This document shows positions 62,705 to 64,000 of a stretch of 64,000 bases of DNA, one piece after another. Below the pieces are notes generated by a model, which made no database searches, was not told where the DNA came from, and saw only the letters and a program-made list of their open reading frames with translations. The DNA is from Camelus dromedarius. Taxonomy: Eukaryota. Within the stretch, counting starts at the first letter, position 1, and each line of letters starts with the position of its first letter. The stretch lies in contig NC_087436.1 in the NCBI RefSeq assembly GCF_036321535.1, positions 12,896,001 through 12,960,000 of the forward strand. The letters are read 5' to 3'. The position numbers were made by a program, and so were the translations under genes.

Positions 62705-63320
62705 TTTTTAATTTTTTAATTTTAAATTAAAAAAATTTTTAATCTATTTATTGAGGTATAGTCAATTTACAATGTTGTGTCAATTTCTGGTGTACAGCAT
62801 AATGTTTCAGTCATACATATACATACGTATATTCATTTTCATATTCTTTTTCATTATAGGTTACCACAAGATATTGAATATAGTTCCCTGTGCTCTACAG
62901 TATAAACTTGTTATTTATCTATTTTATATATAGTAGTTAGTATCTACAAATCTTGAGCTCCCAATTTATCCCTTCCCACCCTCTCCTCCCTGGTAACCAT
63001 AGGTTTGTTTTTTATGTCTGTGAATCTGTTTCTGTTTTGTAAATAAGTTTATTTTTCTTTTTTTTAGATTCCACATATAAGTGATATCATATGGTATTTG
63101 TCTTTCTCTTTCTGGTTTACTTCACGTAGAATGATGTTCTCCAGGTCCATCCATGTTGCTGCAAATGGCATTATTTCATTCTTTTTAATGGCTGAGTAGT
63201 ATTCTGTTGTGTAAATATCCCACAACTTCTTTATCCAGTCAATTGTTGATGGACGTTTAGGCTGTTTCCATGTCTTGGCTATTGTAAATAGTGTTGCTGT
63301 GAGCATTGGGGTGCATGTGT
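62705..63320 (-). mobile_element. Young 5'-truncated L1 3' end
   Basis: ORF 63064-63345 includes [31 protein letters not shown]...YHMISLICGI, followed by the 3' UTR shared with the other young copies. Confidence 0.93.
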
Positions 63321-64000
63321 AAGAAACACCGTCTTGAACAGCCATTGGTACTTCTGTGACATATGGTGATAAGAGGGAGGAAAGACAGCAAGGTATGAGT
63401 CAAAGCTGTGTATAGATGTCTTCTTTGGGGTCTAGTCCCCATTCTGTCACAGAGTAAATGTGGGTCTCACCTAAGTCACTAAAATTCCATCAGTAGATGT
63501 TTCCTTATCTGCAAAGTGGAGCCAGTACAAACCTATAGCCTGGGACTGTTTTGCCAGTCAGATGAAATAATGTGTGTGAAAAGCATCTAAAAACAAGGAT
63601 CACTTACAGAGATGGTGGGAACCTATATCCCAAAATATCTTATATGTTAGAAGACAAGATCCAAGCCATTGCTGAAAGTGTTTAATTTTTTCCAGTCCCT
63701 TCTCTTCCTTCCTCCGATATTTCCCGTGACAATTTAGGAAGTCAGATGTTTCTTTGTTTATATAAAATGGCGCAGATCCAGCTGTTCTCATGAGCTGGCC
63801 CGGACCTCTCCCTAGCAGATTACTGAGTTTAAATGGTTGGTAAATTAATTAGAAGTTCTAAGGAGGAAATCAGATGTGATTAAATGAGCATCAGCAAAAA
63901 AAAGTAAGACCTGGTAAGTTTAACAGTGGCCGGGGCTTTGAAGACTTACGAAGAGTGTTTTCTACACTGGGCTTCTAACATGCTTGTAGGCAAACAGAAT

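Larger units (their letters stand above)
25229..64000 (+). other. DCHS2: DCHS2 intron 1 (partial; runs beyond the window)
   Basis: No downstream cadherin-coding segment is visible in the ORF track or by eye; the sequence is repeat-rich and AT-rich. A short exon below the ORF-track length cut-off cannot be fully excluded. Confidence 0.8.

Noticed and set aside
62680..63329. taagaaacac on both sides of the last L1 as its TSD
   Set aside because: The left copy is not adjacent to the poly-T end, so it may be a chance match.
29298..63345. ORFs at 29298, 41835, 42149, 45840 and 63064 as host genes
   Set aside because: All are fragments of the L1 ORF2 C-terminus in truncated, non-autonomous copies.
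1..64000. CRISPR array, operon or other prokaryote-style novel system
   Set aside because: The window is mammalian DNA with one coding exon; there is no regularly spaced repeat-spacer structure or gene cluster.

Overview
Mammalian genomic DNA, probably from a camelid (inferred from four tRNA-Ala-derived SINEs resembling the camelid vic-1 family). The only protein-coding sequence I can support is the large first coding exon of DCHS2 (dachsous cadherin-related 2). It lies on the + strand from the ATG at 23192 to a CAG|GTGAGT splice donor after 25228, encoding 679 codons: a signal peptide, five cadherin repeats and the start of a sixth. It sits in a ~3.2 kb CpG island. Bases 1-22000 are upstream intergenic DNA, and 25229-64000 is part of a very long first intron in which I could not find exon 2. 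Both flanks are filled with transposon remnants (L1, SINE, MIR, L2, MaLR/ERV LTRs, DNA transposon fossils) and microsatellites. The other ORFs in the track are L1 fragments, low-complexity artefacts or alternative-frame shadows of the GC-rich exon. I found no evidence of a new biological system. The most interesting observations are regulatory or evolutionary: two related MER41-like solo LTRs in opposite orientation bracketing the promoter, upstream uORF and start-stop elements, a strong CTCF-like motif, two L1 copies with the same 5' truncation point, nested insertions with target-site duplications (TSDs), and a ~770 bp polypyrimidine tract. Repeat family names are from recalled consensus sequences, and boundaries of old repeats are approximate.
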